Shown here: positions 23,086 to 34,586 of the stretch, piece by piece | Numbering within the stretch: the first letter of the stretch is position 1 | Layout: every line of letters starts with the position of its first letter | Source of the DNA: Piromyces finnis finn | Taxonomy: Eukaryota > Fungi > Neocallimastigomycota | Direction: 5' to 3' | DNA: 64,000 bases | Assembly: GCA_002104945.1 (NCBI GenBank) | Contig: MCFH01000062.1 | Location: 186,001-250,000 of the forward strand | Notes under the pieces: generated by a model | Told to the model about the DNA's origin: nothing | What the model saw: only the letters and a program-made list of their open reading frames with translations | Database searches by the model: none | Program-made: the position numbers and the translations under genes

Positions 23086-23796
23086 TTACCAACATTTTCC
23101 ATAATTTGGTTTGCATCCTGTACTACAATAAGCATCACTTGTACCACAATAACCATATTTGCTACAACATTTATTATTTTTACATATATAAACACCATCA
23201 GATTTACTTCCACATTTATCAGTAGATAATATAGTTGGGATTGAAGGGTTTTTCTGTGTTGTAATATTATTAGCATAATAGGTTTTAGTACCAACAATAT
23301 AAGTTTTATTAGGAACAGTAAAAGTGTTTGTATAAGTGACTACTTTATTAACTTTGGTAGTAGTGGATTTGGATTTAATGCCATTAGTAGTAGATTTGGC
23401 TTTAATAGAAGTACTATTTTTAGTTTTAGTTACAGTAGTTTTAAATGTTTTTGGATTTGATGTAGTAGTTTTAAAATTAACATTAATATCATTGTTATTC
23501 ATTTCGCCTTTTAATTTGTCGAAAATATCATTGTTATTTATTTCGCCTTTTAATTTGTCGAAAATATCATTGTTATTTATTTCGCCTTTTAATTTGTCGA
23601 AAATATCATTGTTATTCATTTCGCCTTTTAATTTGTCGAAAATATCAGAATTATTCATTTCATTTTTTAAATTATCAAAGATATCAGAATTGTTCATTTC
23701 ATTTCTTAAATTGTCAAAGGCATCAGAATCGAAAACACCATTTGAATATACCATATTAATAATTGGTAGTAATAAAAGAAAAATATTGAATAACAT
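23086..23796 (-). CDS. Secreted protein with six 13-aa repeats, a K/T-rich linker and a C-terminal CBM18 (hevein) chitin-binding domain
   Basis: DIFDKLKGE(I/M)NN repeats and CGSK..CKNNKCCSKYGYCGTSDAYCSTGCKPNYGKC. Confidence 0.9.
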   Translation of the reverse strand: MLFNIFLLLLPIINMVYSNGVFDSDAFDNLRNEMNNSDIFDNLKNEMNNSDIFDKLKGEMNNNDIFDKLKGEINNNDIFDKLKGEINNNDIFDKLKGEMNNNDINVNFKTTTSNPKTFKTTVTKTKNSTSIKAKSTTNGIKSKSTTTKVNKVVTYTNTFTVPNKTYIVGTKTYYANNITTQKNPSIPTILSTDKCGSKSDGVYICKNNKCCSKYGYCGTSDAYCSTGCKPNYGKCW

Positions 23797-24062
23797 TTTA
23801 TTCTAAATTAATAATAAGGGATTAAACTATCTAGTTTATTTTTTTTTTGTTGTCTTTATTTAAATATTGATAATATTTATTAATATTAAATATTATTTTT
23901 ATTAATTATTAATTTCAAAATTTTATTTTTACTTTAAATAAATAAAAAAAATCAATTTAGATTTTAATGGTTTATATGTTTCTTTTTCTTTTTAAAAAAA
24001 ATACAGTTTTTAAATAATTTAACTTGTCATATTTATTATTTTGTAGTTTGTATAAGGGTTAT

Positions 24063-24692
24063 TCACCATGAGATTGTGAACCCAAGTTCACAAGCAAGTT
24101 CTCGGGCCTTACAAAAGCATTTAGATTTTTTAAATTCATTGTATTCATAAATAGGATGTGGAACTTCTACCACCGACGACTTTATTTCGTTAATGGACTT
24201 TCGAACCGAAATGGCTTTTGCACCAAATAGCATAAAAACAACAGGATGGTCATTTGAAATATAGTGTACTAAATTATTAATAAAAGGTTCCCATAACAAA
24301 TGATAATGATATGGTAAAGGATCAGCAATAGTTCGTGTAAAGCAAAAATTACATAAAAATATTCCATTATTTAGCCATTTATCTAAGTGATGATTGTATG
24401 GTCGCTGAAAAGTAGCTACTGTATCTTCTAAATTTTTGTAAATACGTTCCAATAATAATGGTGGATTACAGTTTTTAGATCCAAAAGCTATGTCTGAAAT
24501 ATCTCGAGTATTTTTATACGGCATATCACCTATCATTACAACTTTAACATCACTTAACTTGACATACTTGAAGATTCCAAATACATCTTCCAGTGGTGGT
24601 GTAAAATAAGTATTTCTCAACTGATTATATATATGTAATACTAATTTAGAATTTTTTATAAAGAAATCGTCCCAAGACATGTGCGTCACCAC
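24063..24692 (-). CDS. ung: Family-1-type uracil-DNA glycosylase with divergent motifs (likely start MSWDDFF)
   Basis: P..EDVF, VKVVMIGDMPY (vs VKVVILGQDPY), W..NGIFLCN..FT, WEPF, VFMLFG..A, HP (vs HPSP). Intronless. Confidence 0.85.
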   Translation of the reverse strand: MVTHMSWDDFFIKNSKLVLHIYNQLRNTYFTPPLEDVFGIFKYVKLSDVKVVMIGDMPYKNTRDISDIAFGSKNCNPPLLLERIYKNLEDTVATFQRPYNHHLDKWLNNGIFLCNFCFTRTIADPLPYHYHLLWEPFINNLVHYISNDHPVVFMLFGAKAISVRKSINEIKSSVVEVPHPIYEYNEFKKSKCFCKARELACELGFTISW

Positions 24693-25584
24693 TAATTTTA
24701 TTTTCTTCCACTTTCACTCTTAACTTTTATTATTTATTAATTTTCTTAATATTTAATATTAATCAAAATTATAAAGATAAAGCTATCAATAAATATAATT
24801 TTTTATTTTAATTTTAATAAATTATTCATAAAACAAATCAAGGATATGAGAAAGTTTTTATAAAATGGTTTTTCCAAAATTAAAATATTTTTGATATCTC
24901 AATACTAATCGTCATTTATTTTCATTTGACATTAATATAATAATGTAAAAAAAAAAAAGTTGCTATTATTTATGATTGGTTCATGAATTTAATGAAATAA
25001 AAATACTTTTTTTTATTTCTTTATAGTATTTTCATAGGAAATACTTTTGGAAATATATTATATTTTAAAAAATGAAATATTAAATATATAATATTTCAAT
25101 TATTTAAAATTTTTAGATATATATAATATAATAATATAATAATATAATAATATAATAATATTGTTTTTTTAAAAAATATTACATTATATAAAAGGTTTTT
25201 AAGGATATTTAGATTTAATTATCAAAGTGTCAATTATAAATTCAAATTAACAAATTTATATAATTATTTTTATTTTTATTTTTTTTAAATATTATTAAAT
25301 TTTAAATAATTTTATTAGTTTTACAATAATAATTAATAAGAGTGAATTATGTATTATTAAAGGAAAGATATACAGTAAATTTAATTTCATTGGTCATCAT
25401 AAAAATAAAATAAAAAAAAAGTTATTATTCTATTTAAATAATAGTATAATAAACTATAATTTTATTGTTCTACATACATGTATTTCTATTTACTATAAAT
25501 TATAAATAAAAACCAAATAAATTTTCAAATGTAATAAATATAAATTTTATAAATATAAATGTAAATATAAATATTTAATACTTA

Positions 25585-27750
25585 TTAATTTTTTAACGAC
25601 ATTGAAAAAGCATATTCCAAAAATGAATCATCTATATCTTGGACGTTTGTAGAAAAAGGATAATAATAGATTTCATCATTATTATAATCACGTACAAAAC
25701 CATCTTTATCGGTAATAAGGTCTTCCATACTCTTGACCAGTTCTCTTTGCATGTAGCCTGTAGAAGAAGTGTTGAGAGAAGTTGAAATAATTCCAGCACG
25801 GCCTGATTTTGAATGTATAAATAGTTCCTTTGCTGTAAGTCCTTCGGAATAGGAACTCTTAATATAGCAACTTTGCAAAACGGCTTGAACTCCTACTGAC
25901 ATTAAAATTTGAATGACATTATCGATTTTCCCTTTCGAACCACTATTGACAATATTGGTTAGATTATTGCTAATCGATTTAGATAAACTTTCTAATAATG
26001 GATAATTTTCTAAATAATACTTTCTTATTTTTTTTATTTCTTTACTATCTTTGTCTTGAGAGATAATAGAAGAATCTAAATTTGGTAGTTGTATAGCCGA
26101 TAAAGTGTCAGGAATTTTTTCCAAAATGGATGTAAATTCATTTTCAATGCTTGGGTCTGGTATACAATCTGAAATGGAAATACTTATAATGTGAAATAAA
26201 TTGTATTCATGAACCATACGTTGTACATCCCACATAAACTTCAAGTAAAAATCGTTACCATAGTGAGTAATAGAATTTAACAATACAGTTTGATTGGCAC
26301 CATTAATAGTGTGAAGTAGAATACCATGGTCTACTAAATATTTATCACCCATTTTTAAAGTTAGTGATTTTGGAATCAACAATGAAAGTAAGTGCTTATA
26401 TGGTATTTTATCGGTATTCATTCGTGATTTATAATATTTACAAAATATATTCCATTCCTTTTTTGATATTTTTAATCGTTTACATATGTTTTCGATAATA
26501 TGGGGTTCGACAATACTGTGATCCTTTGTCATATTGTATAAGCCAGTTAAGGTATCTTGAATAAATTTAATCATGAGTGATCCATCCTTAAATGAACGGA
26601 TATTATTTGAAATGTTCAGTTTAGTAGCCAATTCCTTTTTAGATTCCTCTCCTGGTAGCCAAAAAATATTCATTTCATCTCCGTCAAAATCAGCCTGAAA
26701 AACACTGGCTATTAGAGGATTAATTTGGATGGTTCGACTGCTACTAGGAAAGGAGCGAACGGATAATATAGAAGTAGTTTGGAGTGTAGGTTGTCTATTA
26801 ATAATTACATAGTCATTTGGCTTATATCCATGGGGAATTAATTGATCTGTAAATTCTTTTGGTATCAATATTTTGTCCAAGGGAATATTTATATTTGGCA
26901 CGATGACGCTACGAAGACAAAAGTTTTGTCTTTTGGCTAAACACATACTTCTAAAAATTCCTGTTTTTCCAGATAATATTTGCTTAATGAAATTTTTATC
27001 GGAATTTTCGGTAGTATCGGTGGAACTATGGATTCCAAGAATTTTTTTATATAGATTGAATACTTTTAATCCATATCCACCATACGAAATAAGGTTGGTG
27101 TTGCTTTTAAACTGATAGTTTAAATCTAACAGTCTTATATACATGGATGTTATATTATTATGAATCATGATATTGTTGGAATCCATAATTGAAGGTCTCA
27201 TATTTATGGGTAAAACAGGTATATTTTTGAGAAATACTTTCAGCATTTTATTTTTCAGTTCAGGGTTTTCACTGAAATCAAAGGTATGAATTAATTCATA
27301 CATCCTAACAACGGTGAACCATTGATTTCCAAATAAAAATGCATATTCGGATTGAGATTTATTTTCACTATTTTTATTTGATTTACCCTTTGAATTTGAA
27401 TTGGTATTTTTCACATTAAACTTGTGCAAGGAAAATGAAGTACCTTTTATTCGTGTTTCACAGCATCGTGATTTAACATCAAGAGCAACATTATATTTTT
27501 TACAAATAGGACATACATGAGTAAGTTCTTTACATAATATATTTACAAATAATGGGTGGACAATGTATTGGTAAATGGGAATCCTTCCTAAATGGCCAGG
27601 ACATTCAATAACTTTTTTGCATTGTTTACATGGTAATTGAGGATCTAATATATATGACGTGGTATTATCAGTTAATTCATACTTTTTTGAAATTAGAATG
27701 GAAAGTTTTTCTATTTGTTCATTACTATATAAATCAAATTCTAGATACAT
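25585..27750 (-). CDS. Minimal multisubunit RNA polymerase largest subunit (RPB1/beta'-like, N-terminal A'-type half only), virus-like
   Basis: Zn clamp CKQC..ECPGHLG, VLPINMRP, LSGKTGIFR..LAKRQNF..RSVI, INRQPTL, active site QADFDGDEMN, IQDTLTG, NSGSKG, SYSEGLT, bridge helix TSSTGYMQRELVKSMEDL, then a stop. 721 aa, no trigger loop or CTD. Confidence 0.93.
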   Translation of the reverse strand: MYLEFDLYSNEQIEKLSILISKKYELTDNTTSYILDPQLPCKQCKKVIECPGHLGRIPIYQYIVHPLFVNILCKELTHVCPICKKYNVALDVKSRCCETRIKGTSFSLHKFNVKNTNSNSKGKSNKNSENKSQSEYAFLFGNQWFTVVRMYELIHTFDFSENPELKNKMLKVFLKNIPVLPINMRPSIMDSNNIMIHNNITSMYIRLLDLNYQFKSNTNLISYGGYGLKVFNLYKKILGIHSSTDTTENSDKNFIKQILSGKTGIFRSMCLAKRQNFCLRSVIVPNINIPLDKILIPKEFTDQLIPHGYKPNDYVIINRQPTLQTTSILSVRSFPSSSRTIQINPLIASVFQADFDGDEMNIFWLPGEESKKELATKLNISNNIRSFKDGSLMIKFIQDTLTGLYNMTKDHSIVEPHIIENICKRLKISKKEWNIFCKYYKSRMNTDKIPYKHLLSLLIPKSLTLKMGDKYLVDHGILLHTINGANQTVLLNSITHYGNDFYLKFMWDVQRMVHEYNLFHIISISISDCIPDPSIENEFTSILEKIPDTLSAIQLPNLDSSIISQDKDSKEIKKIRKYYLENYPLLESLSKSISNNLTNIVNSGSKGKIDNVIQILMSVGVQAVLQSCYIKSSYSEGLTAKELFIHSKSGRAGIISTSLNTSSTGYMQRELVKSMEDLITDKDGFVRDYNNDEIYYYPFSTNVQDIDDSFLEYAFSMSLKN

Positions 27751-28284
27751 TTGTGTTTTTATTAATTGAATAAAATATAATATTATTTTATTTTTTTTTT
27801 TATTAGAAAAACGGTTTTAAACATGTTTATAAATAATATTTCATTTACAATTTTTTAATTTTAAAATTCATATTAAATAATTATTATTAATTTATATAAA
27901 TATATTCATACTTTATGATTATAATATAAAAATAAAAAATAATTTCAAATTATTATAGTTATATTATATAATAATTATTATATTTTTAGATTATTATTAT
28001 ATATATTATTTTAAATTTTCTAATTCTATTAAAATAATATATAATTAAAATCAATATATGTATGTATGATTTATTATTATCTTAGCATTAGTCTAAGTAT
28101 TATTATGATTATAATAAAATAAGATTAAAAATAAAAATTATTATATTAAATATGAATTTTTAAAATTAAAAAATTTTAAATTGATTTTTAGTATATAAAT
28201 ATTATAAAACATGTTAAAACCGTTTTTTCTAATAAAAAAAAAAATAAAATAATATATATTTTATTCAATTAATAAAAAACACAA
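27751..28284. promoter_or_regulatory. Very AT-rich centre of the palindrome; shared upstream region of two divergent RNAP genes
   Basis: Symmetry decays with small indels from ~27800 inward. About 27890-28140 is not symmetric. Confidence 0.6.
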
Positions 28285-30452
28285 ATGTATCTAGAATTTG
28301 ATTTAATATAGTAATGAACAAATAGAAAAAACTTTCCATTCTAATTTCAAAAAAGTATGAATTAACTGATAATACCACGTCATATATATTAGATCCTCAA
28401 TTACCATGTAAACAATGCAAAAAAGTTATTGAATGTCCTGGCCATTTAGGAAGGATTCCCATTTACCAATACATTGTCCACCCATTATTTGTAAATATAT
28501 TATGTAAAGAACTTACTCATGTATGTCCTATTTGTAAAAAATATAATGTTGCTCTTGATGTTAAATCACGATGCTGTGAAACACGAATAAAAGGTACTTC
28601 ATTTTCCTTGCACAAGTTTAATGTGAAAAATACCAATTCAAATCAAAGGGTAAATCAAATAAAAATAGTGAAAATAAATCTCAATCCGAATATGCATTTT
28701 TATTTGGAAATCAATGGTTCACCGTTGTTAGGATGTATGAATTAATTCATACCTTTGATTTCAGTGAAAACCCTGAACTGAAAAAATAAAATGCTGAAAG
28801 TATTTCTCAAAAATATACCTGTTTTACCCATAAATATGAGACCTTCAATTATGGATTCCAACAATATCATGATTCATAATAATATAACATCCATGTATAT
28901 AAGACTGTTAGATTTAAACTATCAGTTTAAAAGCAACACCAACCTTATTTCGTATGGTGGATATGGATTAAAAGTATTCAATCTATATAAAAAAATTCTT
29001 GGAATCCATAGTTCCACCGATACTACCGAAAATTCCGATAAAAATTTCATTAAGCAAATATTATCTGGAAAAACAGGAATTTTTAGAAGTATGTGTTTAG
29101 CCAAAAGACAAAACTTTTGTCTTCGTAGCGTCATCGTGCCAAATATAAATATTCCCTTGGACAAAATATTGATACCAAAAGAATTTACAGATCAATTAAT
29201 TCCCCATGGATATAAGCCAAATGACTATGTAATTATTAATAGACAACCTACACTCCAAACTACTTCTATATTATCCGTTCGCTCCTTTCCTAGTAGCAGT
29301 CGAACCATCCAAATTAATCCTCTAATAGCCAGTGTTTTTCAGGCTGATTTTGACGGAGATGAAATGAATATTTTTTGGCTACCAGGAGAGGAATCTAAAA
29401 AGGAATTGGCTACTAAACTGAACATTTCAAATAATATCCGTTCATTTAAGGATGGATCACTCATGATTAAATTTATTCAAGATACCTTAACTGGCTTATA
29501 CAATATGACAAAGGATCACAGTATTGTCGAACCCCATATTATCGAAAACATATGTAAACGATTAAAAATATCAAAAAAGGAATGGAATATATTTTGTAAA
29601 TATTATAAATCACGAATGAATACCGATAAAATACCATATAAGCACTTACTTTCATTGTTGATTCCAAAATCACTAACTTTAAAAATGGGTGATAAATATT
29701 TAGTAGACCATGGTATTCTACTTCACACTATTAATGGTGCCAATCAAACTGTATTGTTAAATTTTATTACTCACTATGGTAACGATTTTTACTTGAAATT
29801 TATGTGGGATGTACAACGTATGGTTCATGAATACAATTTATTTCACATTATAAGTATTTCCATTTCAGATTGTATACCAGACCCAAGCATTGAAAATGAA
29901 TTTACATCCATTTTGGAAAAAATTCCTGACACTTTATCGGCTATACAACTACCAAATTTAGATTCTTCTATTATCTCTCAAGACAAAGATAGTAAAGAAA
30001 TAAAAAAAATAAGAAAGTATTATTTAGAAAATTATCCATTATTAGAAAGTTTATCTAAATCGATTAGCAATAATCTAACCAATATTGTCAATAGTGGTTC
30101 GAAAGGGAAAATCGATAATGTCATTCAAATTTTAATGTCAGTAGGAGTTCAAGCCGTTTTGCAAAGTTGCTATATTAAGAGTTCCTATTCCGAAGGACTT
30201 ACAGCAAAGGAACTATTTATACATTCAAAATCAGGCCGTGCTGGAATTATTTCAACTTCTCTCAACACTTCTTCTACAGGCTACATGCAAAGAGAACTGG
30301 TCAAGAGTATGGAAGACCTTATTACCGATAAAGATGGTTTTGTACGTGATTATAATAATGATGAAATCTATTATTATCCTTTTTCTACAAACGTCCAAGA
30401 TATAGATGATTCATTTTTGGAATATGCTTTTTCAATGTCGTTAAAAAATTAA
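28285..30452 (+). pseudogene. Second copy of the RNAP largest-subunit gene, with four 1-bp indels in the first ~500 bp (pseudogene or sequencing error)
   Basis: ATG at 28285. Indels versus the left copy: ttaatata, gaaaaaac, aaatcaaagg, gaaaaaataa. The ORF from 28791 is identical except S>F (LNSITH/LNFITH). Confidence 0.85.
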
Positions 30453-31334
30453 TAAGTATTAAATATTTATATTTACATTTATATTTATAAAATTTATATT
30501 TATTATATTTGAAAATTTATTTGGTTTTTATTTATAATTTATAGTAAATAGAAATACATGTATGTAGAACAATAAAATTATAGTTTATTATACTATTATT
30601 TAAATAGAATAATAACTTTTTTTTTATTTTATTTTTATGATGACCAATGAAATTAAATTTACTGTATATCTTTCCTTTAATAATACATAATTCACTCTTA
30701 TTAATTATTATTGTAAAACTAATAAAATTATTTAAAATTTAATAATATTTAAAAAAAATAAAAATAAAAATAATTATATAAATTTGTTAATTTGAATTTA
30801 TAATTGACACTTTGATAATTAAATCTAAATATCCTTAAAAACCTTTTATATAATGTAATATTTTTTAAAAAAACAATATTATTATATTATTATATTATTA
30901 TATTATATATATCTAAAAATTTTAAATAATTGAAATATTATATATTTAATATTTCATTTTTTAAAATATAATATATTTCCAAAAGTATTTCCTATGAAAA
31001 TACTATAAAGAAATAAAAAAAAGTATTTTTATTTCATTAAATTCATGAACCAATCATAAATAATAGCAACTTTTTTTTTTACATTATTATATTAATGTCA
31101 AATGAAAATAAATGACGATTAGTATTGAGATATCAAAAATATTTTAATTTTGGAAAAACCATTTTATAAAAACTTTCTCATATCCTTGATTTGTTTTATG
31201 AATAATTTATTAAAATTAAAATAAAAAATTATATTTATTGATAGCTTTATCTTTATAATTTTGATTAATATTAAATATTAAGAAAATTAATAAATAATAA
31301 AAGTTAAGAGTGAAAGTGGAAGAAAATAAAATTA

Positions 31335-31964
31335 GTGGTGACGCACATGTCTTGGGACGATTTCTTTATAAAAAATTCTAAATTAGTATTACATATATAT
31401 AATCAGTTGAGAAATACTTATTTTACACCACCACTGGAAGATGTATTTGGAATCTTCAAGTATGTCAAGTTAAGTGATGTTAAAGTTGTAATGATAGGTG
31501 ATATGCCGTATAAAAATACTCGAGATATTTCAGACATAGCTTTTGGATCTAAAAACTGTAATCCACCATTATTATTGGAACGTATTTACAAAAATTTAGA
31601 AGATACAGTAGCTACTTTTCAGCGACCATACAATCATCACTTAGATAAATGGCTAAATAATGGAATATTTTTATGTAATTTTTGCTTTACACGAACTATT
31701 GCTGATCCTTTACCATATCATTATCATTTGTTATGGGAACCTTTTATTAATAATTTAGTACACTATATTTCAAATGACCATCCTGTTGTTTTTATGCTAT
31801 TTGGTGCAAAAGCCATTTCGGTTCGAAAGTCCATTAACGAAATAAAGTCGTCGGTGGTAGAAGTTCCACATCCTATTTATGAATACAATGAATTTAAAAA
31901 ATCTAAATGCTTTTGTAAGGCCCGAGAACTTGCTTGTGAACTTGGGTTCACAATCTCATGGTGA
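31335..31964 (+). CDS. ung: Uracil-DNA glycosylase, second copy
   Basis: Protein identical to 24063-24692. Confidence 0.85.
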   Translation: MVTHMSWDDFFIKNSKLVLHIYNQLRNTYFTPPLEDVFGIFKYVKLSDVKVVMIGDMPYKNTRDISDIAFGSKNCNPPLLLERIYKNLEDTVATFQRPYNHHLDKWLNNGIFLCNFCFTRTIADPLPYHYHLLWEPFINNLVHYISNDHPVVFMLFGAKAISVRKSINEIKSSVVEVPHPIYEYNEFKKSKCFCKARELACELGFTISW

Positions 31965-32232
31965 ATAACCCTTATACAAACTACAAAATAATAAATATGA
32001 CAAGTTAAACTATTTAAAAACTGTATTTTTTTTAAAAAGAAAAAGAAACATATAAACCATTAAAATCTAAATTGATTTTTTTTTATTTATTTAAAGTAAA
32101 AATAAAATTTTGAAATTAATAATTAATAAAAATAATATTTAATATTAATAAATATTATCAATATTTAAATAAAGACAACAAAAAAAAAAATAAACTAGAT
32201 AGTTTAATCCCTTATTATTAATTTAGAATAAA

Positions 32233-32826
32233 ATGTTATTCAATATTTTTCTTTTATTACTACCAATTATTAATATGGTATATTCAAATGGTGTTTTCGA
32301 TTCTGATGCCTTTGACAATTTAAGAAATGAAATGAACAATTCTGATATCTTTGATAATTTAAAAAATGAAATGAATAATTCTGATATTTTCGACAAATTA
32401 AAAGGCGAAATGAATAACAATGATATTAATGTTAATTTTAAAACTACTACATCAAATCCAAAAACATTTAAAACTACTGTAACTAAAACTAAAAATAGTA
32501 CTTCTATTAAAGCCAAATCTACTACTAATGGCATTAAATCCAAATCCACTACTACCAAAGTTAATAAAGTAGTCACTTATACAAACACTTTTACTGTTCC
32601 TAATAAAACTTATATTGTTGGTACTAAAACCTATTATGCTAATAATATTACAACACAGAAAAACCCTTCAATCCCAACTATATTATCTACTGATAAATGT
32701 GGAAGTAAATCTGATGGTGTTTATATATGTAAAAATAATAAATGTTGTAGCAAATATGGTTATTGTGGTACAAGTGATGCTTATTGTAGTACAGGATGCA
32801 AACCAAATTATGGAAAATGTTGGTAA
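32233..32826 (+). CDS. CBM18 protein, second copy with three 13-aa repeats
   Basis: Identical to 23086-23796 minus 39 aa (three repeat units). Confidence 0.9.
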   Translation: MLFNIFLLLLPIINMVYSNGVFDSDAFDNLRNEMNNSDIFDNLKNEMNNSDIFDKLKGEMNNNDINVNFKTTTSNPKTFKTTVTKTKNSTSIKAKSTTNGIKSKSTTTKVNKVVTYTNTFTVPNKTYIVGTKTYYANNITTQKNPSIPTILSTDKCGSKSDGVYICKNNKCCSKYGYCGTSDAYCSTGCKPNYGKCW

Positions 32827-33872
32827 TCCATAGAATATATAAATTATATATAATATAAATATATTAATGTAAATTAATATAATAAAATATAATAGGCAAT
32901 AGATATTCACATATATATATATAACATTCTATACATATTATATATATTAAAAAGAAGTATAATAAATAGAACTTTGTTAAAATCTTTTAAAATAGTATTT
33001 TTTTAAAATAAGAATTTATATATTTATAACTATAAAATATTAAATTTTTTTAACGGCATCAAATATTTTAAACTTTATTATTAATTTAATTAAAATTATA
33101 ATACATGTAATATAAAAAATTAAAAATAAAAATATTAAATTAACGATATATAATACTTTAATATCAAGCGATACTTAGGAATAAGGTATAATGTATAATT
33201 GTACTATTAATAATAATATTAATTATATTATTCTATTATTCTAATAATGGTAATGACATTTGATAAACAATAGTCTATAACAATAAAAATGATAATTATA
33301 ATAAATAATGAAATATTAAATTGTTAAAAGTTATTTCTTCTTATATTTTTATTAAATATTTATCATATTTAAAGTAGCTTTTTTTTTTAAAAAAAAAATT
33401 AATTTTGTAATAAAATACTTCATATTATATTTCTATATTTTCATTATAAAAATGACTGCTTTAAATAATTATATTTATTACTATACTATTAATGAGTAAA
33501 ACCAATTATTATAGAAATTTTTTTTATAAAAAAAAAATGTATAGAAATAATTAATTTAATATAAAAAAAATAGAATATATATATATTTATACTATTTTAA
33601 AAAAAAAAACAAATTTTTAATAGTTTTAAATTTTATTATCCATGTAATAAATAAAAATATATTATTTATTAATATTTTTATTTTAAATATTAAAGATATA
33701 TAAAATTAGTACAACAACACCTTATATTATAAATAAATATTAATAAAACCAAATAATTATATTTATAAAAGTATAAATAGAATTATTAAAAGGTCATTGA
33801 ATTAATTATTATAATTCTTTTATATATAATATTTTAATATTTATATGTATATGATAGTAATTTTAATTTTAT

Positions 33873-34586
33873 TTAATATAAGAATAATAATAAGGTTAAA
33901 ATTAATAAAGGTAATAAAACAGTAGTAATTTTAGTAGTAATATAATCGCCTGCATCACTTGTTTCATGAGAAGATTTGCATTTATCAGATTCTAAGAAAG
34001 AAATTGAATTTTTGATAGAATTTATATCTTGATAAGTATAACTTTCAGTAGTAAATGATAAATTTTCGTAAGCAGCAAAGCGGTCGACATTAATTTCTTT
34101 GAAAGACTTAATTAAAGATTCAGTACATTTTTTTGATTTACATGTGTCTGATAAAGCTTCATCTTCACCAGTTAATGTGATTGCATATATAGAGAATGGA
34201 CATAACTCATTATTTTCATCGGTGAAACATTTACTTTCTAAGCCTTGTACTAAATCCCTAATTATAAGGGGTTGCATTGCTTCTACAAATTGAGGAATTT
34301 TACTGCAAATTGGGAAGTACTTTAATGGATCATTATAGAATGCTTGACATTTTTCAGATTTGATATTAGAGCAAGCTTGTTTATAATTTCCAATAGTAAT
34401 GATAGGCATACAGTCGTTACTATATTCGGAATTATTGTTTTCTTCGATACATTCTTCAGAAATAGCACTGGCTTCAGAGTCAACAAAATTATCTCTTTTT
34501 AACAAATTAGAAAAAAAGGTAGAGTTAGCAAAAGTTGAAGCTATTGTTGTAATTAAGATAAGTATTAAAAGATTAAAAGTTTTCAT
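33873..34586 (-). CDS. Secreted Cys-rich GPI/TM-tailed protein, second copy
   Basis: Differs from 21318-22031 at two residues (ETS/EAS, KEA/KQA). Confidence 0.85.
   Translation of the reverse strand: MKTFNLLILILITTIASTFANSTFFSNLLKRDNFVDSEASAISEECIEENNNSEYSNDCMPIITIGNYKQACSNIKSEKCQAFYNDPLKYFPICSKIPQFVEAMQPLIIRDLVQGLESKCFTDENNELCPFSIYAITLTGEDEALSDTCKSKKCTESLIKSFKEINVDRFAAYENLSFTTESYTYQDINSIKNSISFLESDKCKSSHETSDAGDYITTKITTVLLPLLILTLLLFLY

Larger units (their letters stand above)
16301..27890. repeat. Left arm of a giant inverted repeat
   Basis: Six genes are mirrored in reverse order and orientation at 28140-39566. Homology stops at atataatgaaatc (16301), matching gatttcattatat (39566). Confidence 0.95.

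Noticed and set aside
23336-23806. 156-aa repeat ORF (and its mirror 32223-32576)
   Set aside because: It is the antisense shadow of the CBM18 gene.
25585-27750. Host RNA polymerase II/III largest subunit or its first exon
   Set aside because: It is far too compact, with internal deletions and strong divergence (QADFDGD, NRQPTL). It ends in a clean stop, and no downstream exons or CTD lie before the UDG gene.
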